A model generated the notes under the pieces. The model was not told the DNA's origin and made no database searches. It saw only the letters and a program-made list of their open reading frames with translations. Position numbers and translations under genes: made by a program. Below, one piece after another: positions 13,244-27,145 of a DNA stretch of 64,000 nt; the stretch's first letter is position 1, and each line of letters opens with the position of its first letter. The stretch is taken from NCBI RefSeq assembly GCF_009914755.1, contig NC_060947.1; one strand, 5' to 3'. The DNA is from the human T2T-CHM13v2.0 reference genome, Homo sapiens.

Positions 13244-15785
13244 CTTACATGCACACTTTATCCATTTTCCTCCAATGTATGATTTAGATCTTAGCTTAAA
13301 GAAAACTTTCCTCAGGAATCATCTGTTGCGTTCAAAGTTCAGTCTAAGTCAGAGTAATTTCCTGTCACAAAAGCTTATTTTTTGCCTTTATAAATAAGTT
13401 GCATCCATTCTTTAACATTTGCTCATTTTTAAAAATACTTTATTAATGTCTATTTTTATACTGGATTGCATGTACCAAGAGCGCAGTTCCCATGCCTACC
13501 TGCCTATCATAGTGACCATGGATGACAAGGAATTAGCATTCTACTACAAAGAGGGAGCCTGAGATATAGTCACCATTGTTCCAGGGTTCCAAGGAAGGGA
13601 GTAGGCTCTCAAATTACCCATCGCAACCAGGGTAGATAGTGACAAATTCTTTTTTTTAACTGTCTTACCTGGTTACCCAACACAATCCCTGGGACATAGT
13701 AAGAACATAACGAGTACTTGTTGAAAAAAATTCAAATGGGATGTGGAATGCTTAGAAAGAGATGTGGTAATGACCTCTAAAACTGAAGACTATATAAATG
13801 ACCAATTTTAGTTATAAAATTTAGTTTATAAAAATATTTCTCAATCAAATAAGTTAACTGGCATCACTGCCTATGAAACAGACTCTCTACGCACTGACAT
13901 CCTGGAAGCCTCTAAAGTTAAGGACAAGACTCTAATCTGCAGTAACATTTCTGAGGGACAAGCTGAACCTTTGAGAGAAAGAATCTAATTATCGGAGAGC
14001 ACACTTTTCAGAATATTACACTTCATAAGCTATGTCATCTTTCAGAAACTCTAAGCATATATTCTGACCTGTCTTTGGTTTTCTTCAAACCTTTTCCAAA
14101 GAAGACTCTAAAGGTATTTTAAAGTTAGAGAAATCCTAAAATATCATCATAATAGAATTTACAGAATAAATCAATACATGCAGATATATCCTATTGGAAG
14201 TATTTCTAGAGTTCTAACTCAGGGTGTTAAGTATGCATCTCTCTTCCTTATTGGACTAAATGGGGACTTCCCTTCCTACTTTCCCCCATCTGTACCTCTT
14301 TACCAAAGACAGCTGGCTATCCTTTTTGAGCCTCTGGATGGCATTTCAACAGAATTTTAGTGCAATGGATGAAGGAATTGTGGTGATGAGGGATGCCAGG
14401 GCGAAGGAAGAGAAGGCGTGAGATGGGCACTCAACACTAATAGGTTTTGAGGAATAAGTTAAGGATAGCCAGACTCTGCTCTAAAAAAAAGCCTGCTAAG
14501 ATCCTTCTCTGAGTCCTGATGATTGTTTTTCTTTTAGGGGATCCAAATACCTGTTTCTCTTTCCTGTAATTCTTCTAATTACGTCTACCAGAATCCCTCT
14601 CAGTCCAGTATTAAACATATTAAAGTCCACAGTCTCTGAAGCTACCCTAGAATTATAATATACCCAGGGTATTTGTGTTAAATTTTTTTATGTTTTTATA
14701 CTTTATCAATCTTTTAATACTTTATGATTTCTCCTTACTCCTCCTTCTGTACCATCTTCTCGTCCTCTTCTTCTTGCTTTTAAAAAGTAAACTAGGTAAG
14801 ACAAGATTATATCACTTGCAAAGAACCTAAGAATCATCTCTGTTTCAAAGTCAAATGGAAGCAGAGCATTCCACGACAATTCCAGCCAATAGTTAAATAA
14901 AGTATAGAACTCAAGCATGGATTCTTTTGGGACTGAAGGAACTGATGGGATGGAATGAAAGAAAAGTTATAGCAAGGGCTTTCTCTCCACTTGATTCCTT
15001 TTAATGCTGCCCTTTTAGATACTAGTCTAGATTATCTTAAAGTCACATGACACTACAGAGCTATATAGAGGCAAAATGAGAACATCAAAAGAGGAAAGAA
15101 GATTGAAGACAAAAGAGGAGGCTGGAAGGCAGTAGCCATTAAACGGGTATGCAATCATGGACAAATGCAGATAGAGTTTAAGCAAATTAGGGATAATCAG
15201 TACATTTACCGATATTTAGTAGATGTCTTTGGGCCAAAGAAATAAAGGCAGAAAATAAGGTGAAAATGAAAGCAAGTAGAAAACAAATACAGAAGAGTAT
15301 AGGCCCACCATACAACCATCTGTGAGTTCTACGGACTGTTTTTCAAGATGCCTTAACCACACAAGCATCACCTTGGATGAATTATATTGAAAAGCTATTC
15401 ACACTGGGTCAGCTAATGATGAAATGGGTGCTTTCAATTGTTATTTTAAATGGAAATACTCCATGCCTTAGAAAAATGTCTGCATTTAAATTTTTTTTAA
15501 CCAGTAACCTCCCTTCAACCCCTGCTTCCCAGCCTTATTTAATATTAATTGAAATTTTCTGGTAAAGTATTAGATTTTACCCATCCGCAGTTAGTTACTA
15601 TTGTATCAGAATTATGGAATTCTTTAAATCACAGCACTTCAGCTGATTATGAGTGTGTGTATATTGTACACATATTGTATTCTAAGTATTTTAATATATA
15701 AATTGCATTCTAAATTTTTAAAATACTTTTCAAGTTATAGTTCTTTTAAAGGACATATTTAGTTTACTAAGCAAAATAATCTGAC

Positions 15786-15905
15786 CTTAAGTTGTTCTTC
15801 CAAAGCAGCAGTTGCGTGATCTCCACTAGATTCATCAACTACCACCACCATGTGAGTGAGAGAATTGACCCTGACTTGTTCTTGTTCTAGATCTTCTTGA
15901 AGCAC
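15786..15905 (-). CDS. DMD: Dystrophin exon 13 (120 nt, phase 0-0, in-frame)
   Basis: On the minus strand: acceptor CATTTTATCTTTCAG|GTGCTTCAAG, donor CTTAAG|GTCAGA. It translates to [40 protein letters not shown], in frame with exon 12. The ORF track misses it. Confidence 0.97.
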
Positions 15906-16229
15906 CTGAAAGATAAAATGTTTTAAAGGAAATTAAAATGATATTCTTACATGTGTGTTGAAATGATTTGCTCTCAAATGGTGAAATTTATTTCTGCTAC
16001 ATCTCAGGTACTCCTATTTTTTATTAAACTAAAACCATTCCAAGCCAATTTTCTGCTATGACGCTCAGCAAAATTTATATGTTCTATTGTTAATTTAACT
16101 GGAAAGTATCTAGAGAAGACAAATGTTAAGAAAGGTACAGCAGGATGTTCTCCTTCTCGTCCCACCCCCTTTCTCCCTTTCAAGGACTTTTTTCCTACAA
16201 CTATCAGCACTTCTGGCATTTTCAGGCTC

Positions 16230-17440
<1,211 letters not shown>

Positions 17441-20400
17441 ACCATGTGGGGGTTTGGGGAAAACATGCACAGATGAGTTTGTTCCTTCCTGATTGCACAA
17501 AGATTACAATATAATAGGAAGAATTAGTGATTTTTGGTGTAATCACAATTACACTAACCTCAACAGAAAATAACCACTTGGTCTCAACTGAACCCTAGGA
17601 TAAAACCAGAATAATTCAAATACTGCCTTTCTAACTTACAAATGTGGCTCTGAAAAAATCATTTCCCCCTATTAAGTGAGGCTGTCACAAAACAGTATTT
17701 CCAATCTTTTTAAAAACATGATGTACAATTATTTTGTAATGATGAACAGGGGTAAACACAGGAATAAATTAGGGGTAAACAAAGGAGGCTGCTCTAGAAC
17801 CAAGGTATGTTGCCTGGGTGCTCCAGATCCCATAAGACCTTACCCTGTTACACTATTTATTATTGGGATTTCTCTGAATAGCTATTTGAGACTTCTAGGC
17901 AACTACTTTGTTTCTTAGAACATTTTGTTACATAACACAAGAGTGGAGAAACAAGTTTGGGACATTTCCCGTTACTTTCTGGCAAACGTGCTGTCCCTAC
18001 TTGCAAAACAACAGTGCTTAGCACCTATCAGTCTAGCTCTTAGGTATTCAAACTCTATGGCAGGTGGAAGGGAACTTATTAGGATGGCTGAATCACAATC
18101 TCAAATGCATGAGCATTTTTATCCTAGGCTTCTTATTTTCGAAGCCTCAACATTTTAGAACACTATAAAATCACTTCTTTTTACTTCGTCTCTCTAGATT
18201 TTCATACTACATTTTCAAGTGAAGCAATTTAGAATAAAATGACTATGCATCTATTTTGTGTGTGCAATCTATACTGCCTATCATGCCTTTGACATTCCAG
18301 AGCTTATAATGGTTAATAAAACTCTTTTTGCCATGAGGCCAAAAATGGAAACATTAAAATTCAGAGTTGTCCTTGACAGTCATGTTGAGTCTGTGTTTTC
18401 TGAGTTATATAAGACAGGACTGGGAACATTTTGAAGGTGTCAGCCAGGAATGTTTCAAATAATAATTAAAATGATAATTTGGTGGCCAGTGTATCATAAG
18501 TTGGTTTTCTGAATTTAGTCAATTCTTTTCTGTCCTTCAATGAGTATATATAATTACATATATTACAAAATTACAAGTAAATAATGCCAGTTTTCATTTT
18601 TACATGTAAATTGCTTTTTCACAATTTTAATATATTTTACTTAAGAAGTGTAAGAAAAACATTGGATCCATGGAATGAATCCAACTCTTATTGAGTCTTT
18701 TAAAGTCTATGTGATCAAACGTACTATATTCTCCATTACTTAGTTGTTCTGATTTTGTTTCGTTCATCTATTTGTTTTATAATTGGAAATGGCATTCTTG
18801 CCATATTGATCAAGGGTTTATATTTTATGCTTGGCAGAAGTGCTAACGTAAAGTACCACTAAAGAGAGTTGTGAGATGATAGCATTAAAATCTATCACAA
18901 GAACCCTCTGGACTTACGGTGAGTACAAGGAAATAAAGGAGTGGGGAAAGGCTCTCTACAGTGACTAAGAACGTTGAAGAGTCCAGAGTGCTGGAGTAGA
19001 TTTGCATAAGGTACATTTGATTTAATGTTATTTCCAGTATCTCTTCTCCTCTATGACTTTTTAAAATTGTATTTCTTCTTTCTCAGCTAATTAGGAATTA
19101 AACTAAAAAAGGTTAAACTGACTTTTTTGAGCACACTAAATAGCTGTAAGACAAAAGCTATGGTAAAACAGTAAGCACGTCTCCTATTTTCTCAGACTTC
19201 AAATGCGAAATAAATATTAGTGAATATAACTGTATTAGCTAATCTCCTTAATATCAGCAAAATACAGATTATGAACTATGCAACGTTCAGGGTTTACTTT
19301 TACATTGATTCTTACAAGTAGCAGAAACGCCAGACATAAAAAGCTGGAGTTAAAAAGTTCAATTGTTCTGCCAAACTAGGAATCCATGAATAAAGGCCTT
19401 GATCATTGGGGTAAAGAATGCCTGCCTGTTTCTCCAGTTGGAAAGAAATGAATTCTCAAGAGTATTTAAAAAAAATAATATGCTAAAGTGTTGTAAGGTT
19501 ATATTTAATTAAAATTTTAAATACTGACTTCTTATGGATTTCAATTTGTCATAGATGAATTTATACAACGGAGATTTATATTGGATTTGCTAATTAAGCC
19601 TGAAATATGAGCCAAATAGTTTCCAAATATAGATGCATCCCTAGAGAAGTACACAAAAATGTTTGTCTGTCAGAAAATAATACCTTCAAATTAAAATATT
19701 GTAATATAATATTGTTAAAATGTTTTCCTTTATTAAAAGCTTCCAGATTGTACATACACATACACATATATACACACATACTAGGTACTTTATTATGCAT
19801 TTATTTTCATTATTTTATTAAAGGAATGCTTTTGTAACACTTACCAGATTTCAAACATCTATCATGTTCCTAGTTAAATTTCATTACCATTATTAGATAC
19901 AAATGTTACCAATGTTTGTTGTCAAATGTCAAATAATGTATTTTTTTCTTTATGACAAGAGAAAAGGCCAACAGTGAGATGTAACATTAAGAATGCCTAG
20001 ATTGGACAAACAGTTTTTGTTATACCTCTGTGAATAATTGTATTTCTTCTAAATAAGTCTCTAGTTAAAGGGCTTAACAAAATTTGTTACTCCCTTAGTA
20101 CATGTTCCCAATTTTATTTTTTAAACCTGACTTTTCATGTACTTCTTTTAAATGCCATCAGTGATACTGAATTCTTCTGGCTCTTGTCCATGTCAAGTTG
20201 GTTTTCAAAAGTGGCTTAGAAAAACCACTGGAGAGCCACTTCAGTGTTTATTCTAGATCTATGCTATTTTACCCTTTCTTAGAACACATGTAAAATAATA
20301 CTTAGGAAATAAAGACATGGAATTATGTAAGGCTAGGGAAATTTTTGATTTGATGTTTAAAGGTGAAGAGCAATAATTAATCGAAAGGCAGTATAATAGA

Positions 20401-20606
20401 AAACAAAAACAAGGATGGGTATCCTGTAAATTCGATGGGAGAAGCTTTTGTTTTACTTGTCTATTTCTTTTGGCCATAGCATAGACTCAGCTATGGAAAG
20501 AACAGGAAAAGAACAGCTGTTACCTATATGTAAAGTTTTTTTTTTTTTTTAACTACTCCTCCGACTTCATTGAATACCCAACAGCTAATTGCCGGTACTT
20601 GCAGGT

Positions 20607-20625
20607 CACACACACACAAACACGC

Positions 20626-20660
<35 letters not shown>
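20607..20660. repeat. Interrupted (CA)n microsatellite
   Basis: Directly visible in the sequence. Confidence 0.95.
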
Positions 20661-20663
<3 letters not shown>

Positions 20664-23024
20664 CACACCCCTAGAAACAACACAGAACGCTGTTCATCAT
20701 GAATTGGAAGGCAATCTATTGTCTCCAAAAATGACTTTAAAATTAATATATTTAGATGTTTAATTACAAATATTCAGTAGTTTGTAGTTTATCTAAATAA
20801 ATGCACACATAAGGAAAGACTAACGAGAAAAAAATTGTAGCAAACATAAAATTTGCAAAGGACATTAAGAATTCAGAAGGTTCTAGGAATAGAGTTGAGT
20901 CTAACATCCAGGAAAGAAGTATCTTAAAAAAGCTGTCTCATGAACAAAAAAATCCCTAGATACTAATGATCATGTTAATTCAAGACATCTGGACAGGAAT
21001 TGACTTTTTTTCAAATAAAAACTTCAAGTACAGATCAGAAAGTGTTAGGATTTCTTGGGAAATGATGGGGTGGTAGGTAATTTATTTTTTTCACTCTTTT
21101 CCTCTATGCCCCATTCCTTCTACCACCTCTACACTGGGCTAGGCTCTATATCCCTTGCTGGCCTGAATGAAATGATCTGGAAAGGACTTTCGATTTTATT
21201 TGCAGTGAAATATTCACTTTGCTAAGCCTGGCTGATCACAGTATTGTCTAGCTTTCCATGAAGATCTATTTACGGTATATAACTTTGTTATAAATTTGCT
21301 GAATATTTTAAATAATCTTCCTCAACAGGCTACCCTAGAAAAGCTTTTGATATTCACTTACTTAAATGTGATTGAATATCTTTATTAGTTCTTATATCAG
21401 AACACACTGATTTTATCTTTTTGTTAGAAATGAATGTTTATGTTTCTGCCAACTCCTAAGCTACCAAATGGGGGTTCTGAAAGACTGTTTCAATGGAGAG
21501 ATTTGAAAGGCTATACAAGCACACTAAATGCTTCTCAATAGCCTGAAGGGGACTCAATAAATACGAAAAGAAACTGTTTTAAAAATAAAGTAGACAATTA
21601 ATGTACTCCTACATATGGAAAAGGACATAGGATGAAATAGATTGACCAAAACTTGTGCATGACTATGAGGAGACAGTAAAACTGTAGTCAAAAGTGCTTC
21701 CTGGAAGCATCAATAACCAATCACGTCACTTTGAGAAAGTCATCAACCACACCAAGCCTCAGCTTCCTAATTTGTAAAACTAAGATAATAAAACTGCCTA
21801 TTTCTTTATGTGGTTAAGAAGATTGAATAAGGTAAAACTGTTTTGCATTTTGCCTGGAAAACAATATAAATTCCAAAAATATTAGCATCTAATTAGTTGA
21901 AAGAATTCATATTTAGCCATATTTATATCAAAGTTTTGAAACTAAACTGCAATGACCTAACCTAATACTAATCTATTTTACCCTCATCTAATACATTCTG
22001 ACTATCATCCTTTCTAATAGACATCATAAGTGCAGGAAGAGAATGTGATTTTTGAAAAGTCATGAAAACAAGTGAAGTTACAGCAAAGTTTTAAGGTCTG
22101 GAGAAATATACAGTAAGTGTTAAATCCTTAAATAATACCTGAACTTCCAATTTATTTACACTACATTAATAAAAGTAGGTTCAAACTACCTCATCTGATG
22201 GTTATCACAGAAAAATTTGCATGGGCAGACATATGTGATGGAGTGAGGACAGTCCCTAATCACGAAATGGTAGCCCTCAATTCTCTTGCCTTTCCTACTC
22301 TTTCTACAATCCATGCATGCACCCACCCATACATTCTGCATATAGTTACAGAATTAAAATCAGATTAAAAACCAATAACATTGAATAAATAATTATAAAA
22401 TGCCTTTACTGAAAATAATTATTGAAAAAGAAAAGAAGATTATTGGGAGAGAGTTGGGGTGGAAAGTTTCAGGCAGAGCACAGAGGAAATGCTATGCATT
22501 GTGCTGCTAACAGAATATAGTTGTGAAATTCAGTTCCAATGATTATCCTCCTGCTCAGACGGTATTGCCATTCTTATCATAAGCCTATATTCCTGTTTCC
22601 CTTATAGTCTCTTTTTCCTCTATTTTAAAGAACTACAGGAGTAATGGTGATGAATTATTTCATTAAGCATTTTGATTCTGAGTATTTAATGTGTAGCTAC
22701 CACTACTGCTTACTCTATGTTTGAAGACTCATATGCACACAGTCTCTGTACCTTCTATCTAGACATTCCCAATCCTGGGAATCCAAATGCCACAACATCT
22801 TCAAATCTCTTTGTCACTTCTCTGCAACTGCTCTAGTCTCTAGGATCTCAGGTGGAGTCAAGCTTCACTGGAATCTCAAAATGGAGAGAAATGGTCTCAA
22901 AGGCAGACAGGTCAAAGTTAAAATCAGAATCTACCAATTAATACTGAAGTTACCTTGAACAACTCCTTAAACTCTTTGAACACATCTATTTGTCTGTAAA
23001 ATCAAGTATTAATATCCTTCCAGG

Positions 23025-26000
23025 CCAGACACTTACAGAACATTCTATTCTACCACCACAGAATGTACATTATTCTCATCTGCACGTGGATCATTATCAA
23101 AAATTGAAAATGTGCTAGGCCACAAGGTGGTTCTTAACACATTTTTAAAAAAATCAAAATCATATCAAGCATCTTCTTGCACCACAGTGGAAAAAAACTA
23201 GAAATGAGTACCAAGAAGACTCCTTAAATCTATACAAATACATGGAAATTAAACAACCTGCTCCTGAATGATCTTTGGACAATGAAATCAAGGAAGAAAT
23301 TAAAACTTTTTGAAACAAATAAAAAGAGACATACAACATACCTCCACCTCTGGGATACAGCAAAAGCAGTCCTAAGATGGAAATTTATAGCATTAACTGC
23401 CTACACCAAAAAGATAGAAAGATCTAAAATTAGCAAACTAATATTGTACTTCAATGAACTAGAAAACCAAGAACAAACTGAAACCAAAGCTAGCAGAATA
23501 TAAGAAATAACAATGATCAGAGCAGAACTAAATGAAACTGAGATAATAAAAGACAAAAAATTAAAAAAATTAGAGAGTTTTCTTTGAAAAGATAAACAAA
23601 ATTAATAGGCCACTAGCTAGATTAACCAAGAAAAAAACAGAAGAATCAAATAAGCAAAGTCAGAGATGATAGATGTGACGTTACAACTGATACCATAGAA
23701 ATACGAAAGATTATCAGACTACTATGGGCATCTCTAGGTACACAAATTAGAAAATCTGGAGGAAATGAATAAATTCCTGGATACATATCAACTCCCAAAA
23801 TTGAACCACAAGAAGCAAAAATCTTGGACAGACCAATAACAAATAGTGAAACTGAATCAGTAATAAATATCTCCCAATAAAATAAAGCTCAGGACCAGAC
23901 GTATTCACAGCCGAATTCTACCAGACATGCAAAGAACTGGTACCAATCCTATTGTAACTGTTGCAAAATATCAAACAAGAGGAAATTCTCCCTAATTAAT
24001 TCTACGAAGCCAGTATCACCATGATACCAAAGGCAGGTAAGGACACAACAAAAAGGAAACCACAGGCCAATATCCCTGATGAACATAGATGCAAAAATCC
24101 TCAACAGAATGCTAGCAAACCAAACCCAAAAGCATAACAAAAAGATAATACATGACAATAACGTGAGCTTTATGCCAGGTAGGCAGGGATATATGCAGAG
24201 CAATATCTGTGATTCACCACATAACACAATATATGTGTTGTGTGGTGCAATATATGCAGAGCAATATATGTGATTCACCACATAAAAAGAATTAAAAACA
24301 AAAAACATATGATCATCTCAATAGATGCAGAAAAGGCATTTGATAAAATCCAGCCTCTCCCCAAGATAAAGACCCTCAACAACTAGGCATTGAAAGAACA
24401 TATCTCAAAATAACAAAAGTCATATATGACAAACCAAGAGCCAACATCATACTAAACAGGAACATGTTGAGAGCACCCCCCTCCCCCAAGAACTACAACA
24501 AGACAAGGATACCCATTTTCACTGCTCCAATTCAACATAGTACTGGAAGTCCTAGCTAGAGCAATCAGGCAAGAGAAAGAAATAAAAGGCATCCAAATTG
24601 GGAAAAAGAAAGTCAAATGATTTCTCTTCACTGATGATAGGATTTTACATCTAGAAAACCCTTAAGACTCCTCCAAAAGGACCCTATATTTGATAAATGA
24701 CTTCAGTAAAGTTTCAGGATATGAAATCAATGTACAAAATTGGTAGCATTTCTATACACCAATAATGATCAAGCTGAGAACCAAATCAAGAACTCAATCT
24801 CATTTACAACAACTACAAAAAAAAAAAAATACCTAGGAATGCCTTTAAACAAAAAAGTGAAAGGTGTCTACAAGGAGAACTACAAAACACCCATGAAATA
24901 AATCATAGATGACACAAACAAATGGAAAAACTTTCCCTGCTCATGGATTGGGAGCATCAATATTGTTAAAATAACCACACTGCTCAAAGCAATTTACAGA
25001 TTGAACACAGTCCTTATAAATTACCAACATCATTTTTCACAGAATTAGAAAAAGATAGTAAAATACATAGAGAATCAAAAAAGAGCCCAAATAGTCAAAG
25101 CAATGCTAAGCAAGAAGAATAAAGTTGAAGGCATCACATTACCTGACTTCAAATTATACTAAAAGGCTACAGTAACCAAAACAGTATGGTACTGGTATAA
25201 AAACAGATACATATAGATTGATTTAACCAAATTAAGAACCCAGATATAAAACCACATATCTATGACCAACACATCTTTAACAAAGTAAAAAAATGTATAT
25301 ATACACTGGGGAAAGGACATCCTATTCAGTAAATTGTGCTGTAAATATTGGATAGTCATAAGCAGAAGAATGAAACTGGGTCATAAATCACCATATACAA
25401 AAATTAACTCAAAATGTATTAAAGACTTAAATGTAAGACCTGAAAATATAAAAATCCTAAAAGAAAACCTAGGAAAAACTCTTCTCGACACTGGCCTGGG
25501 CAAAGAATTTATGACTAAGTACTCAAAAACAAAAGTAGACAAATGGAACTTAATTTTAAAATCTTCTGAACAGCAAAAACAAACAAACAAAAAAACAAAA
25601 AACAATCAACAGAATGAACAGACAACTTATAGAATGGAAAACAATTCCGAACTATACATCTAACAAAAAACTAATATCTAGAATCTAAAAATAACTCAAC
25701 AAGAAGAAAAATAGATAACCCCATTAAAAAGTAGGCAAAGGACATTAGCAGACATTTTTTAAAAGAAGATATACAAGTGGCCAACAAACATATGAGAAAA
25801 TGCTCAACATCACTAATCATCAGAGAAATGCAAATTAAAACCACAAGGAGATATCATCTCACACCAATCAGTATGGCTATTATTTGTTTTTTTCAATGTC
25901 ATTTAAAAATTTGTGGGTACAGAGTAGGTGTATTTGTGGGGTACATGAGATGTTTTGATACAGGCATGCAAAGTGAAATAATCACATCATGGAGAATTTA

Positions 26001-27145
26001 GTATCTATCACCTTAAGCATTTGTCCTTTGTCTTACAAGCAACCTAATTATATGCTTTCACAGTTATTGTAAAATGTACAAGTTATTATTGACCATAGTT
26101 ACTGTATGATATGATCAAATATTATGTCTTTTCATTCTTTCTAACTGTAATTTTTGTACCCAATAACCATCCCCACCTCCCTTCCACCACACTTCCCAGT
26201 CTCTGATAACCATCCTTCTACTCTCTATTTCCATGACTTCAATTGTTTTAATTTTTAGATCCCACAAATAAGTCAGAACATAAGAGATGTTTGTCTTTCT
26301 GTGCCTGGCTTATTTCACATAACATAACGATCTCTAGTTCCATCCACATTGTTCCAAATGACAGTATCTCATTTTTTTAAGGGGATAGCTGTCATTAAAA
26401 AAGTCAAACAACAACAGGTGTTGGCAAGGATGTGGAGAAAAGAAAATGTTTATTCACTCTTGGTGGGAATGTAAGTTAATATAAACATTATGTAAAACAG
26501 TATGGAGATTTCTCAAAGAACTTAAAACACAACTATTGGATCCTGCAATCCTAGTACTGGGTATATACTCAACAAAAACAACAAAAAGTGTTACATGAAA
26601 AAGATACCTGCAGTTGTATGTTTATCATAGCACTATTTACAATAGCAAAGAATCAACCTAAGCGTCCATCAGTAAATGATTGGATAAAGAAAATGTGATA
26701 TGCACATGTATATATGTGTGTATATACGCATATATATATATATACACACACATACATATATATACACACATATATACACACACACCACAGAACACTACAC
26801 AGCCGTAAGAAAGTATGAAATCCTGTCTTTTGCAGTTACATGAATAGGAACTATAGGCCATTATCCTAAGTGAAGTAACTTGGAAACAGAAACCTAAATG
26901 CAACATGTTCTCGCTTATAAGAAGAAACTAAACAAAGGGTACACACGGACATCTAGAGTGGAATAATATAAACTGGAAACTACAAAAGATTATAGGCTGG
27001 TAGGGGGGTGAGGGGTGAAAAATTACCTATTGAGTATAGTGTTCGCTATTCAGATTATGGATATACTAAAATCCCAGACTCCACCACTACACGATATATC
27101 CATGTAACAAACCTGCACATGCACCCCCTCAGTCTATTTTAAAAC
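23025..27145 (+). mobile_element. 5'-truncated L1 (L1PB-like): decayed ORF2 and 3'UTR, with a nested antisense L1
   Basis: ORF2 peptide remnants ([17 protein letters not shown]; [14 protein letters not shown]; [23 protein letters not shown]) and an L1PB-type 3'UTR (CCCAGACTCCACCACTACAC...CCATGTAACAAACCTGCAC). Confidence 0.9.
25885..26380 (-). mobile_element. L1MA-type 3' end inserted antisense into the L1
   Basis: TTTGTGGGTACAGAGTAGGTGTAT...TCTGTGCCTGGCTTATTTCAC. The host L1 resumes after a degenerate TSD atggctattatt / atagctgtcatt. Confidence 0.85.

Noticed and set aside
11538-13254. Cluster of overlapping ORFs up to 239 aa
   Set aside because: They lie essentially within the GC-rich MER52 LTR, occur in many frames on both strands, and show no recognisable domain.
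23160-26001. ORFs with reverse-transcriptase-like peptides
   Set aside because: They are fragments of a dead, frameshifted L1 ORF2, not a functional gene.
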